From: an uncultured delta proteobacterium
GTDB taxonomy: Bacteria > Myxococcota_A > Polyangia > Haliangiales > Haliangiaceae
Assembly (NCBI GenBank): GCA_963743525.1
Contig: CAVUQH010000003.1
Coordinates: 1,120,001-1,184,000, forward strand
Reading direction: 5' to 3'
Length of the DNA: 64,000 nt
The notes beneath the pieces are model-generated. The model did no database searches and was not told the origin of the DNA. It was given only the letters and a program-made list of their open reading frames with translations. Below are positions 47,663 to 57,789 of the stretch, piece after piece (positions within the stretch are counted from its first letter, which is position 1; every line of letters starts with the position of its first letter). The position numbers were made by a program, and so were the translations under genes.

Positions 47663-48039
47663 TGCGCCGCCGTCTGGCCACGCTCTGCCTGCTGGTCGCG
47701 CTCGGATCCCTCCTCTCGGGCTGCGACAGCGACCGGCGGGCCATCTCGCGTGCCGATCTCCCCGACGTCCCCGCCGAGCCGACGTACGTGGTCCAGCTCG
47801 GCGACGACGGCTTCGACGTCGACCGGTTGTCGGTGAGAACCGACGACCTCGTGCGCTTCGAGATCACCGGACAGGACGACCACGGCATCCGCGCCGACAC
47901 CCGCATCGACACCGGCTTGCTGTATCCCGGCGAGTGGACCGACGTGATCTTCGACGAGCCCGGCACCTACGAGGTGGTCGACGTCACCGACGAGGACCAG
48001 GTCCTGGTCGTCGAGTCCACCGAGCCGCCGACGAGCTGA
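47662..48039 (+). CDS. Cupredoxin-fold-like lipoprotein lacking C-terminal Cu ligands
   Basis: Lipobox LSGC; DTGLLYPGE..FDEPGTY pattern; TGATG coupling with upstream gene. Confidence 0.6.
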   Translation: MRRRLATLCLLVALGSLLSGCDSDRRAISRADLPDVPAEPTYVVQLGDDGFDVDRLSVRTDDLVRFEITGQDDHGIRADTRIDTGLLYPGEWTDVIFDEPGTYEVVDVTDEDQVLVVESTEPPTS

Positions 48040-48085
48040 GCGCGCAGAAGGTCGCGAGTTCCCGCACGGACTACTCGCGTCCAAG

Positions 48086-48138
48086 GTTCTGGGCAGCTCG
48101 GCCCGCCCCCGCCGATCGCTCGGCGGCTGCTACTGAAC
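48086..48138. repeat. Degenerate ~53-bp palindromic (REP-like) element
   Basis: GTTCTGGGCAGC...GCTGCTACTGAAC, imperfect terminal arms. Confidence 0.4.
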
Positions 48139-48226
48139 GCCCTCGATCCAGGCCTGTCTGCGATGCAAGCGGCAGTCGGCCGACCCGGCCTCGAGTGACG
48201 TAATCCCGAGCGGCACGTTGGAGCGG

Positions 48227-48556
48227 TCAGCCAGCGAGGCCGAAGAAGACGAGGATTGCTCGCCCGAGGCGGACCATGTGCTCGTCGTCGAGTCGACCAA
48301 CGCGCTCGCCGAGCTTGGAGCGAGGAATCGTCGTGATCTTGTCCACCATGAGACTGCAGGATTCGCGCAGACCGTTGACCTCGTCGGCGTCGACGCGAAG
48401 CCGGAACAGCGGTGCCTCCGTCGGGTCAGTGGTGAACGCACAGACCGTGACGGAATCGGTGGCATCGAAGCGGTCGTCCTGCACGATGGCCACCGGCCGG
48501 GGTTTGCCGACGTAACCGCTGCCCGCGGCAGCAGTCCAGATCTCACCGCGTCTCAA
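48227..48556 (-). CDS. mazF: Type II toxin, PemK/MazF family
   Basis: RRGEIW..GKPRPVAIVQDD..NGLRESCSLMVDKITT..VGRL. Confidence 0.9.
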   Translation of the reverse strand: MRRGEIWTAAAGSGYVGKPRPVAIVQDDRFDATDSVTVCAFTTDPTEAPLFRLRVDADEVNGLRESCSLMVDKITTIPRSKLGERVGRLDDEHMVRLGRAILVFFGLAG

Positions 48557-48772
48557 TCGTCATCCAGGCTGATGGCGTCGACGAACGCCTGGTCTTCCTG
48601 GGCGTGCCGGCTCGCTGCGACGGCCGCCGACTGCCGGTGCGCCTCACCCTCGAACTCGGGCGATCGGACGTCCGGCACCCAGATCTGCACCGGCCGGAGC
48701 CCCTCCGCGAAGACGTCGCCGATGCTCCCGAACTCGCTTCCGGACGCCGGAGTCCTCGTGAGGTGCAGCCAT
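48553..48772 (-). CDS. Antitoxin, MazE-like/DUF3018; one frameshift near 48705
   Basis: MAAPHEDSGVRKRVREHRRRLR in one frame, then GLRPVQIWVPDVRSPEF..HRQS..DQAFVDAIS; stop overlaps toxin start. Confidence 0.85.
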
Positions 48773-48780
48773 ACCGCCAT

Positions 48781-48792
48781 GTTACATGTAAC
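48781..48792. promoter_or_regulatory. Palindromic operator of the TA operon
   Basis: Perfect AT-rich palindrome GTTACATGTAAC 8 nt upstream of the antitoxin ATG. Confidence 0.65.
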
Positions 48793-49000
48793 GCTGGCCC
48801 ACGTCATGCGCCGATCGCCATGGCCTCTCGGCGCGGATTCGCACACCGGAAGCAGGCGGACCCTGCTCCGGTACGCGAGGTTTGTCGGGGCCACGCGTCC
48901 TCGCGGACCAGAGCTGTCGGGTAGGACGCACGCTCCAACTGGCGGTTCTCGTCACGGTCGTCGAACGCGAGTCCACCGAGCCGGCGGCGAAGCTGAACCC

Positions 49001-49386
49001 TCAGAAGGTCGTCTGCTCGGCGACCGAGGCCGCGGCGTCACGCCACTCGGGCGAGCACGTGACCGGGAGCACCGACATCATGCGGCCGATGTTGCCGGTG
49101 ACCTTGATCCTCCCCTGCATGAAGCCGACGTTGGGGTCGAGCTCGCCGCGGACACGGCGACGAACTCGTCGCGGGGCATGTGCATGACGAAGTCGGGTTG
49201 GTCCGCCGGGCCGAGCTGGTTGGCGACGAGGCGACCGTCCTCCATCACGCTGTGGACGTGCACCGTCCCGTCGGGGCCGCCGGTGATCTCGTAGCCGATC
49301 ACGGCCGAGCAGCCGGAGCGCACCGGAAGCTGGCCCGTGGCGTCGCGCTGCAGATCCAGCCAGTCCTGGCTGAGCAGCTCGGTCAT
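49001..49386 (-). CDS. SCP2 sterol-binding domain protein; one frameshift
   Basis: LSQDW..GELDPNVGFMQGRIKVTGN. Confidence 0.8.
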
Positions 49387-50272
49387 CCTCGGGCGTCGGC
49401 CGTCTCGGAGTCGTCGACCCGGATGCCGTCGAACAGATCGCCGGCGGATTCGTCGGACTCCACGTGGCTGACGGCCAGGATGTACTCGTCCCAGGGGTGC
49501 ACGGTGCGGGCCACCTCGCGGGGCAGCCCGAACCAGAACGGCGAGGTGGGGTCGACCTGGGTGGCATGGGCCAGCAGGGCGTCCCACCGCACGTCGGCGT
49601 GGTCGGCGGTGGACACCCGTGTCGTGATGCGATCGTCCTGGTCGGGGCGGTCGAACCACTTGTCGTCGAAGGGCGACTCCTTGCCCAGCTCGATGAACTT
49701 CTCGTGCATCGCCACCATGCGGGCCCGCGACCAGGCGGTCCAGTACACCTTGTCGACCCGGTGTGGCGGACCGGCCTCGGGGTACCACTCGGGATCGGCG
49801 GCCCGCTCGATGGCCGGCATCGGTCACGTCGTGCACCTGCAGGTGGTCGGGGTGCGGGTAGCCGCGCTGGTCGTCGCCGTAGGTCACCACGACCTGGGGC
49901 CGTTCGCGGCGCAGGATGGCGACCAGTCGACCGACGGCCTCGTCGAGATCGGCGTTGGCGAACGCCTCGGGGTGGGCGTTGGCCTCGGTGTCGGGCATGC
50001 CCGAGTCGCGGTAGCCGAGCATGACGACCTCGTCGTAGCCGATGATCTGGGCCGCCTGCGCCAGCTCGTCGCGCGCGAACGGCGACGAGGTCTCGCTTGA
50101 CCTCGGGGCGGTCCATGGCCGGGTTGAGGATGTCGCCGGCCGCCCCGTCGGTGCAGCACACGAGCACCGTGCGGACCCCCTCGTCGTGGTACCGGGCCAC
50201 GGTGCCCGCACCCTTGGACGACTCGTCGTCAGGGTGGGCGTGGACGGTGAGGATGCAGCGGGATCGACTCAC
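49383..50272 (-). CDS. mca: Mycothiol S-conjugate amidase (PIG-L family); frameshifted
   Basis: VHAHPDDESSKGA, LGYRDSGM, GYPHPDHLQVH, ALLAHATQVDP. Confidence 0.88.
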
Positions 50273-50282
50273 CGTTGGGAGC

Positions 50283-50619
50283 CTACCGACGGATCAGCCG
50301 TTGCTGTACGCGGTTGCCGCCGTCGTCGGTGGTCCAGCTCCGGCCGCGGCGGTACCACCAGCCGGCGACCGACCCGAGCACCACACCGAGCACGGCGCCG
50401 ACGGGCAGCGCGATGCGGAACAGCCCGGTGCGCACGATGGGGCGGTCCATGCCGTTGGGCTCGAAGGACCCGAGCGTGTAGAAGGGGATGGCGATCAGGA
50501 AGAAGGCGATGGCGGCCAGACCGATGCCGACCAGCACGCCGACGACGATCGATCGCGCCAGCGGCCGCTCCGGTCGCGGCCGGCTCCGCCACGGCCGGCG
50601 TGTGGTCGGTTGCACCCAT
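50283..50619 (-). CDS. Small 2-TM hypothetical protein; probable frameshift near start
   Basis: Two hydrophobic helices; TACCGT hexamer before ATG 50619. Confidence 0.55.
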
Positions 50620-50655
50620 GCCGCCCACGGTAGTGCCGCTCCCTACCATCGGAGC

Positions 50656-51330
50656 GTGCGCGCCGCCCTTCTCGCCCTGCTGCTGGTCCTGGCGGCGTGC
50701 GGTTCCGACGATCCGGTGACCGCCGTCGGGCGCGACCGCGCCGACCAGGCCCGGCAGGCCGCCCTCGACGCCGGCCTCGACGCCGACGTGGCCGACTTCC
50801 TCGCCCTGGCGGCCCAGGGAGAGACCGCCACGTACCAGCTGACCTACCCCGGGCCCAGCGATGGCTCCGAGCTCGTGGTCACCAGCCGACCGCCCGACCG
50901 CCGCGTCGACCTGGTGGTCGACGGGAAGACCACCGAGGCCGCCTCGTGATCGACGGCGCCGCCTACCAGTGCCACCCCGATCAGCGGCGCTGCGAGCGCA
51001 CCGACGCCTTCGTCGCCCCGCCGGGCGTCTTCACCGACCAGGCCATGGAGGATCTGCGGGCGTCGCTGGTCGACCGGGCGGCGGACTTCACCTTCGAGAT
51101 CGAGACGATGTCGGTGGCCGGCATCGACGCCCGCTGCCTGGTCACCCGGCGGCGCGCCGGGCGCGAACGACCCGAGCTCGGGCGCCGGCGGCACCATCTG
51201 CCTGGCACCCGAGGGCGCCGTGCTGCTCGTCGACCAGGGCGACGAGCGACTGGAGGCCACCGACTACACGACCGAGGTCGACGCCGGAGGCCTTCGAGAC
51301 TGCCGTCGGAGGCGAACCGACCCGGGCTGA
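50656..51330 (+). CDS. Hypothetical lipoprotein; frameshifted, end approximate
   Basis: VRAALLALLLVLAAC lipobox; coding-like segments continue in shifted frames. Confidence 0.6.
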
Positions 51331-51358
51331 GCGTCGAGGGTCGATACCATCGCCAGTC

Positions 51359-51859
51359 GTGGACGACCCCGACATCTGGCGTTGGGTCTGGCTGGCGGCA
51401 GCCGTGGTCTTCGGGCTGGGCGAGATGAGCACAGCGCCGGCGCCTTCTTCCTGGCGCCGTTCGCCGTCGGCGCCATCGTCGCCGCCGTCGCTGGCTTCCT
51501 CGGCGCGCCGGTCGGCCTCGGCTGGTTCGTCTTCGTCGTCGTCTCGGTGGCGGCCTTCGCCGGCGTTCCGGCCCCTGGCCCGCCGCCTCGAGCGTCGACA
51601 CCCGCAACCCGCATGGGCGTGGGGGCCACCCGGCTCATCGGCGAGCACGGCATCGTGCTCGACGCCGTGCCCGCGGGCCCCGACGAGCTCGGCCTGGTGC
51701 GCGTCGGCCGCGAGGAGTGGCGGGCCGAGTCCGTCGACGGCGACACGATCGCGGCCGGCACACCACGTCACCGTCCTCGAGGTCCGGGGCACGCGCGTCG
51801 TCGTGCTCCCGACCGGCCTCCCGATCCCCGACGCAACTCACCCGAAAGGTCGTCACTGA
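51359..51859 (+). CDS. NfeD-family protein; frameshifted
   Basis: N-terminal TMs, LIGEHG..GLVRVGREEWRA..VTVLEVRGTRVVV; adjacent to SPFH gene. Confidence 0.85.
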   Translation: MDDPDIWRWVWLAAAVVFGLGEMSTAPAPSSWRRSPSAPSSPPSLASSARRSASAGSSSSSSRWRPSPAFRPLARRLERRHPQPAWAWGPPGSSASTASCSTPCPRAPTSSAWCASAARSGGPSPSTATRSRPAHHVTVLEVRGTRVVVLPTGLPIPDATHPKGRH

Positions 51860-52822
51860 TGACGCTCGTCATCGTCCTCGCCGTCATCGGCCTCGTGATC
51901 CTGTTCATCTACGTCGCCGCCGGCGTCCGCATCGTGCGACCCGTACCAGCGGGGCATCATCGAGCGGCTCGGCAAGTACAAGGAGACGGTCGACCCCGGC
52001 CTGCGCCTCATCATCCCGTTCGTCGACACCATCCGCGTCGTCGACATGCGCGAGCAGGTGGTCGACGTGCCGCCCCAGGAGGTCATCACCTCCGACAACG
52101 TCGTCGTCTCGGTCGACGCCGTCATCTACTACGAGCCCACCGACCCGCAGCGGCTCATCTACAACGTCGCCAACTTCATCCTCGCCGTCACCAAGCTGGC
52201 CCAGACCAACCTGCGCAACGTCATCGGCGACATGCAGCTCGACGAGGCGCTCACCTCCCGGGACAAGATCAACGTCGCCCTGCGCGAGATCCTCGACGAC
52301 GCCACCGACAAGTGGGGCGTGCGGGTCGTCCGGGTCGAGATCCAGCGCATCGACCCGCCGCCGGACGTCATGTCCGCCATGCACGAGCAGATGAAGGCCG
52401 AGCGGACCCGGCGGGCCGTGGTCACCGAGGCCCAGGGTCGCCGCGAGGCCGCCATCACCACCGCCGAGGGCGAGAAGGCCGCGGCCATCCTCGAGGCCGA
52501 GGGCGTCAAGGCCAAGCAGGTGCTCGAGGCCGAAGGGCGAGGCCGAGGCCGTGCGCAAGTTCGCCGAGGCCGAGCAGTACCGCCAGCAGCGCGGTCGCCG
52601 AGGGCGAGGCCGACGCCATCCGCTCCGTGTACCAGGCCATCCACGACGGCAACCCGTCCAACGACCTGCTGGCCATCAAGTACCTCGAGACCCTGCAGAA
52701 GCTGGGCGACGGCCAGGCCACCAAGATCATCGTGCCCACCGAGCTCGTCCGGCGTGGCCGGCGCCCTCGCCGGGGTCACCGAGCTGCTCGAGCGGACCTC
52801 GGCCAACGGCAAGGCGGAGTAA
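51859..52822 (+). CDS. SPFH/band-7 (QmcA-like) protein; frameshifted
   Basis: [45 protein letters not shown]. Confidence 0.92.
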
Positions 52823-52893
52823 CCGCCCGGGCCGGGTCACGGTTTCCGGCGTTGCCGGGGACAGGAGATCGACATCGGGGTAGCGAAGTCCTC

Positions 52894-53706
52894 GTGGTGG
52901 GTCCCGCATGCGCCGACCGCGACGACCACCGGCGTACCGACGCCGGTGGCCCGGCGCGCCCGCCCGGCCGCTGGCTCCTGCTCATCGTCGCTGCGCTGGG
53001 AGCGCTCGTGCTGTCGGCGCTGGTGTGGGACGGTACCGGCCGCAGCGGCGCGGGCGGGATGGCGCTGCCGGCCGACCCCATGGCCCTGGTGAGCGGCGAG
53101 GAGCCGCTCCCGCGTCTGGTGTCACCATCGACGCTCGAGGGCCGCCAGGTCCTGGTCGTCGGCGACTCGCTGCTGAAGGCCGCCCTGCCCTATCTCGAGC
53201 AGAGCCTGACGGCGGTCGGCGCCACCGACGTCACCTTCGCCGCGATGAACGGCAGCACCATCGGCTGGGCGGCGGACCAGGTGGTGCAGCGGTCCGGGTA
53301 CGACATCGTGGTGATCGCCTCGGGCACGAACAACGTGGTCGACGGGTGGAGCCGCGCCGACGCCCGGGCCACGAGCCGGGCGCTGCAGATGGTGGCGGGT
53401 GCGACCTGCCCGGTCTGGATCGCACCGACCGCCTGGCGCCACCCGGTCGAGGACGGCGTGCGCCGCACCCGCGTCGACGCCACCTCGCTGGTGGCCCTCC
53501 TGGCCCTGTTCGACCGGATCGACCACTCGACCGTGCACGTGGCCGACTGGGACTCCCTCACCCAGGATCTCCAGGATCTGTACGCCGGCGACGGCATCCA
53601 CCACACCGCGGCCGGCAGCGCCGCCTACGCCCGGTTCATCACCGCCGCCATCATCCAGGACTGCACCGACACCTGGCCGCGGCCGCTCGTGCCGTCACGG
53701 AACTGA
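52894..53706 (+). CDS. Membrane-anchored SGNH hydrolase-like protein; start uncertain
   Basis: VVGDSL, SGTNN, DGIH blocks after one TM helix. Confidence 0.75.
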   Translation: MVGPACADRDDHRRTDAGGPARPPGRWLLLIVAALGALVLSALVWDGTGRSGAGGMALPADPMALVSGEEPLPRLVSPSTLEGRQVLVVGDSLLKAALPYLEQSLTAVGATDVTFAAMNGSTIGWAADQVVQRSGYDIVVIASGTNNVVDGWSRADARATSRALQMVAGATCPVWIAPTAWRHPVEDGVRRTRVDATSLVALLALFDRIDHSTVHVADWDSLTQDLQDLYAGDGIHHTAAGSAAYARFITAAIIQDCTDTWPRPLVPSRN

Positions 53707-53747
53707 CCGCCGACCGCATCGTGCCGGGCCCGTGGCACCATGCCCAG

Positions 53748-54370
53748 GTGCGTCGCCCACCGATCGCCCTGACCCTGCTCCTGACCGTGGCCGCTGCGCT
53801 GCTGACCGGCTGCAACGACGACGGCCGCACGCTGGCGCCGGCGCCGTCGACCACTGCACCGGCCCCGTCGACGTCCGCGGTGATGGACGCCGGCGACGCG
53901 GCCGGCGCCACGTCCTCGCTGTCGATTCAGGTGCCCGGCGTCGCCGACGGTGGGCTGCTCGACCCCGCCTACACGTGCGACGGTGAGGACATCCACCCGC
54001 CGCTGCAGATCGGCGGTGTGCCCGCCGGCGGCGGCGGCGCTGGCCATCACCGTGGTCGACCTCGACGCCGATGGCTACGTCCACTGGGTGGTGGCCGGCC
54101 TCCCGGCCACCACCACGGAACTGGCTGCGGGTGAGGTGCCGCCCGATGCCGTGGCTGCCCGATCCGACGGTGGGACCGTCGGCTGGGAGGGCCCGTGCCC
54201 GCCGGCCGACGACGCGCCCCACCGCTACGAGCTCACCGTCTACGCCGTCGCCGAACCGATCGGCCTGGCCCCCGACCTCGACGGACGGGATGCCATCGGG
54301 ATCATCCAATCGGCCGCCATCGACGCACCGGCCTGGTACACCGTGCGCTACGCCCGCACCGCCGGATGGC
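53748..54370 (+). CDS. YbhB/YbcL (PEBP) family lipoprotein; frameshifted, end approximate
   Basis: Lipobox LTGC; YTCDGEDIHPPL, HWVV, GWEGPCPP..HRY. Confidence 0.85.
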
Positions 54371-54396
54371 GAGGCAGCGAGCCGACCGAAGGCTCG

Positions 54397-54874
54397 TCAG
54401 CCGTACGTCAGCCGGGTGATCCAGTCGGCCACCACGGCCGGCTTGTCGGAGCCCTCGACCTCGATGGTGTAGGTGCGGGTGACCTGGATCTGGTTGTCGC
54501 CCTTGCGCTCGACGTCCTTGAGCACGCTGGAGGCCCGGATCTTGGAGCCGCTGGGCACGGGCGCCACGAAGCGCACCTTGTCGAAGCCGTAGTTGACGCC
54601 CATGATCACGCCCTTGACCGTGTCCGGGTCCTGCTTGATGGAACCGGCCAGGTGGGTGAGCATCGACAGGGTCAGGAAGCCGTGGGCGATGGTGGTGCCG
54701 AAGGGCGAGGCCTTGGCCGCCTCGGGGTCGACGTGGATGAACTGGTGGTCGATGGTGACGTCGGCGAACTGGTCGATCCGGTCCTGGGTCATCTCGAACC
54801 ACTCGCCGGTGCCGTCGGGCTCCTCCGATGCGGCTCTGGAACTTCTCGAACGCGGCGGCTGCGGCCTCGGACAT
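54397..54874 (-). CDS. MaoC-family dehydratase; one frameshift
   Basis: FADVTIDHQFIHVD, TIAHGFLTLS, NYGFDKVRF. Confidence 0.9.
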
Positions 54875-54909
54875 CTGGTCTCTCCTCCTGGTCGGAACGG
54901 CAGCGGACC

Positions 54910-55659
54910 CTAGCGGTGGCGGCCGCCGGCGTCCTCGCTCTCGTCGACCGGTTCGACGTCGATCACGTCGTCCTTGCGGCCTGCCGCCTTGCGGGCGGCC
55001 CGGTCGGCCTTGATCTGGGCCATCCGTTCCTTGTTCTCGGCCCGTCTGGACTGGAAGCCGCCCACCGCGAGCGCGATCAGCGACGGGAGGGCGATGATCC
55101 CGTACGGGCCGGCGAACAAGAAGATGAAGCCGGCCAGGGCCACCATGGCGATGGTCCAGGCGTTGGAGCGCTGGGGCTTCTTGGTGAACCAGACGGCGGC
55201 GCCCGTGATGAGGATCGGCGTCAGCATGATGCCGGCGGCGACGGCCGGGCCCTCCTCGTCGAGCAGCTTGACGTCCTCGTAGATGGTGACCGTGCCGTCG
55301 TCGTTGACGTCGGGCTGGGTGGTCTCGACCCGGGGGTCGTCGGGCTGGACGTCGCGCTGGACCTGCACCGGCGCGAACAGCAGCGTGCCGGCGGCGACGA
55401 TGGTGAACAGGAAGGCCATGAGCACGGCCCGCTGACCGGGGATCGTGTACGGGGAGGGTCGCCGCCCGCGCTTGGTCTTCGTGCCCTTCGTGTCCGAGCT
55501 GGCGTCGGCCTTGGCCGACTTGGCTGCGGCGCGCTGCTCGCTCCGGGACAGCGCCGTGGCTTCACCGGCGTGCGCCGAGCGCGCCCGGCGCGCCTCGCGC
55601 TCCTGGCGGTTCTGGCGATACCGCTTCTGCTTTCCGGGGCGTCGTTTGGAGGAGGCCAC
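54910..55659 (-). CDS. Hypothetical membrane protein (basic N-terminus, ~4 TM)
   Basis: Intact ORF from GTG 55659 with TACCGT hexamer 6 nt upstream. Confidence 0.7.
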   Translation of the reverse strand: MASSKRRPGKQKRYRQNRQEREARRARSAHAGEATALSRSEQRAAAKSAKADASSDTKGTKTKRGRRPSPYTIPGQRAVLMAFLFTIVAAGTLLFAPVQVQRDVQPDDPRVETTQPDVNDDGTVTIYEDVKLLDEEGPAVAAGIMLTPILITGAAVWFTKKPQRSNAWTIAMVALAGFIFLFAGPYGIIALPSLIALAVGGFQSRRAENKERMAQIKADRAARKAAGRKDDVIDVEPVDESEDAGGRHR

Positions 55660-55696
55660 GTACCGACGGTAGGCCGCGGCCGGCGTCCGGCCCCAC

Positions 55697-56329
55697 TCAG
55701 CGCATCCAGGCCGGTCGGAACATGACGCAGATGCGAGGCCCGACGGCACGGTTGGTCTTGGGGATGCCGTGACGCCACGTGCGCTGGATGGTCCCGCCCA
55801 TGGCCAGCAGGTCGCCGTGGCCGAGATCGAACGAGCGGGACGGCCCGCCGGCCACGGGCGAGAGCAGGAACCGGCGGGGAGCGCCGCAGGAGACGGTGGC
55901 CATGACCGAGGTGTCGAGATCGCGAGCGACCTGGTCGCCGTGAGGGGCCACCGAGTCGCGCCCATCGCGGTACAGCGCCATCGTGACGCGGTCGATGGCC
56001 AGGCCGTGCCGTTCGCTCAGCTCCCGGACCGCCTCGTCGAGCACCGGGTGACCGGGCCCGTCGCGCGGTACCGAGGCGGTGAGCCGGGGGACGTCGACCA
56101 TCCGGTCGTACATCGGTCTCCGGCCCGCATGCCAGGTGGTGGTGCCGGTCAGGTGCTCGAGCAGCGTCTGGTCGCCCTCGATCCAGCCCGGGATCCGCTC
56201 GATCCAGGCCCCACCACCCAGAGCGGTGCGCTCGACCGGCGCATCGGCGCGCAGGCGAGGTGCGCCGGTGCCGAACAACGAGCCCTGAAGCGGGGCGTAA
56301 CGGGGTGCATCGACCAGTCCGACAGCCAC
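55697..56329 (-). CDS. AlkB-family 2OG-Fe(II) dioxygenase
   Basis: VPRL, YRDGRDSVAPHGD (HxD), WRHGIPK, RICVMFR. Confidence 0.9.
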   Translation of the reverse strand: MAVGLVDAPRYAPLQGSLFGTGAPRLRADAPVERTALGGGAWIERIPGWIEGDQTLLEHLTGTTTWHAGRRPMYDRMVDVPRLTASVPRDGPGHPVLDEAVRELSERHGLAIDRVTMALYRDGRDSVAPHGDQVARDLDTSVMATVSCGAPRRFLLSPVAGGPSRSFDLGHGDLLAMGGTIQRTWRHGIPKTNRAVGPRICVMFRPAWMR

Positions 56330-56341
56330 GGCTCGACAGTA

Positions 56342-56355
56342 CGAACACGTGTTCG
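56342..56355. promoter_or_regulatory. LexA (SOS) box
   Basis: CGAAC-ACGT-GTTCG, matches Gram-positive CGAAC-N4-GTTCG; abuts TACTGT -10 of the AlkB-family gene. Confidence 0.85.
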
Positions 56356-56383
56356 GTCCGTCAAGGCGGGCCAGGCGAGGCCG

Positions 56384-56827
56384 TCAGCCGAGCCCGGGGT
56401 CGCCGATCTCGTCGAGCACGAAGATGGTCTGGGTGTTGCGGACCTCGGCGATGGCCTGGATCTGGACCAGCACGACGTCGCGCAGGTGGGCGATGTCGGT
56501 GGCCCGGACGATGGCCGCCAGGTCGAACCCGCCAGTGGTGAAGGCCAGGTACTCGAGCCCGTCGACCTCGAGCAGCCGGTCGCGCACCCGCCGCCAGGCG
56601 TGCTGGTCGACGTTGAGCAACACCAGCGCCACGACGTCGAGGCCGAGCGCGGCGGGATCGACCACGGCGCGGTAGCCGGTGATGACGCCGTCGTCGTGGA
56701 GCCGGGTCAGACGGGTGTGGGCCGTGGCTCGACTGACGTGCACCCGGCTGGCCAGCTCGCGAACGCTCAGCCGACCGTCGGCCAGCAGCTCCTGCACGAT
56801 CCGTCGGTCGATCTCGTCCAGCGCCAT
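56384..56827 (-). CDS. Lrp/AsnC transcriptional regulator
   Basis: LDEIDRRIVQELLADGRLS..GVITGY..TGGFD; divergent from phhA. Confidence 0.92.
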   Translation of the reverse strand: MALDEIDRRIVQELLADGRLSVRELASRVHVSRATAHTRLTRLHDDGVITGYRAVVDPAALGLDVVALVLLNVDQHAWRRVRDRLLEVDGLEYLAFTTGGFDLAAIVRATDIAHLRDVVLVQIQAIAEVRNTQTIFVLDEIGDPGLG

Positions 56828-56956
56828 CCGTCCGTCGCTCCCGCTCACGCACCTCCGTGCCAGACGTGCGTCTGGTGCAGAGCGCTTTTCAACGCAAATG
56901 TCTGCCATCTTGGCACATCGGTCGTCGTTGTGTGCGACATCCGTCACACTTGGTGC

Positions 56957-57789
56957 ATGACCGACGTCGCCGTGAGCCTCCCCGCCGATCACCCGGGAGT
57001 CCACGACGCGGCCTACCTCGAGCGGCGGGCGGCCATCGCCCGCGTCGGCGCCGGACACGTCGCCGGCGAGCCGATCCCCGACGTGCACTACACCGCCGAG
57101 GAGGACGAGGTCTGGGCCGTCGTGTCCGCCGAGCTCGCCGGCCTCCACCGCCGGCTCGCCTGCCGGGAGCTGGTCGAGGCGTCCGCGCGCCTGCGGCTGC
57201 CCACCGACCGCGTCCCCCAGCTGCGCGAGGTCGACCAGCGCGTGGCCGAGCTGTCCGACTTCCACATCCGGCCGGTACCCGGCCTGGTGCCGACCCGGGA
57301 GTTCTACGGCGTCGCTCGCCGACCGGACGTTCCTGTCGACGCAGTACATCCGCCACCACTCGGTCCCCTTCTACACACCCGAGCCCGACATCGTGCACGA
57401 GATCGTCGGCCACGCCACGATGCTGGCGTCGCGACGCTTCGCCGACCTGTACGAGGCCGCCGGCCGGGCGTCGCTGCGGGCCACCAGCGACGAGGCGCTC
57501 GACTTCTTCAGCCGGGTGTTCTGGTTCACGCTCGAGTTCGGCGTCGTCCGCGAAGACGACGAGGTGAAGGCGTGGGTGCCGGCCTGCTGTCGTCCTACGG
57601 CGAGATCCAGGTCTTCCACGACGCCGAGATCCGCCCTGGGACATCCGGGCCATGGGCACCACCGACTACGACATCACCGTGTACCAGCCGGTGCTGTTCG
57701 CCGCGCCGAGCATCGACGCCATGTTCGACGAGCTGACCACCTTCTTCGAGTCCTACGACGACGCCACCTACCGCCGGGAGTACGCATGA
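56957..57789 (+). CDS. phhA: Phenylalanine 4-hydroxylase; frameshifted
   Basis: STQYIRH, YTPEPDIVHEIVGH, WFTLEFG, GAGLLSSYGE, YQP. Confidence 0.9.

Noticed and set aside
51382..53706. 774-aa NfeD-SGNH fusion ORF
   Set aside because: Frame continuity is accidental; SPFH is read in other frames and ends at 52822
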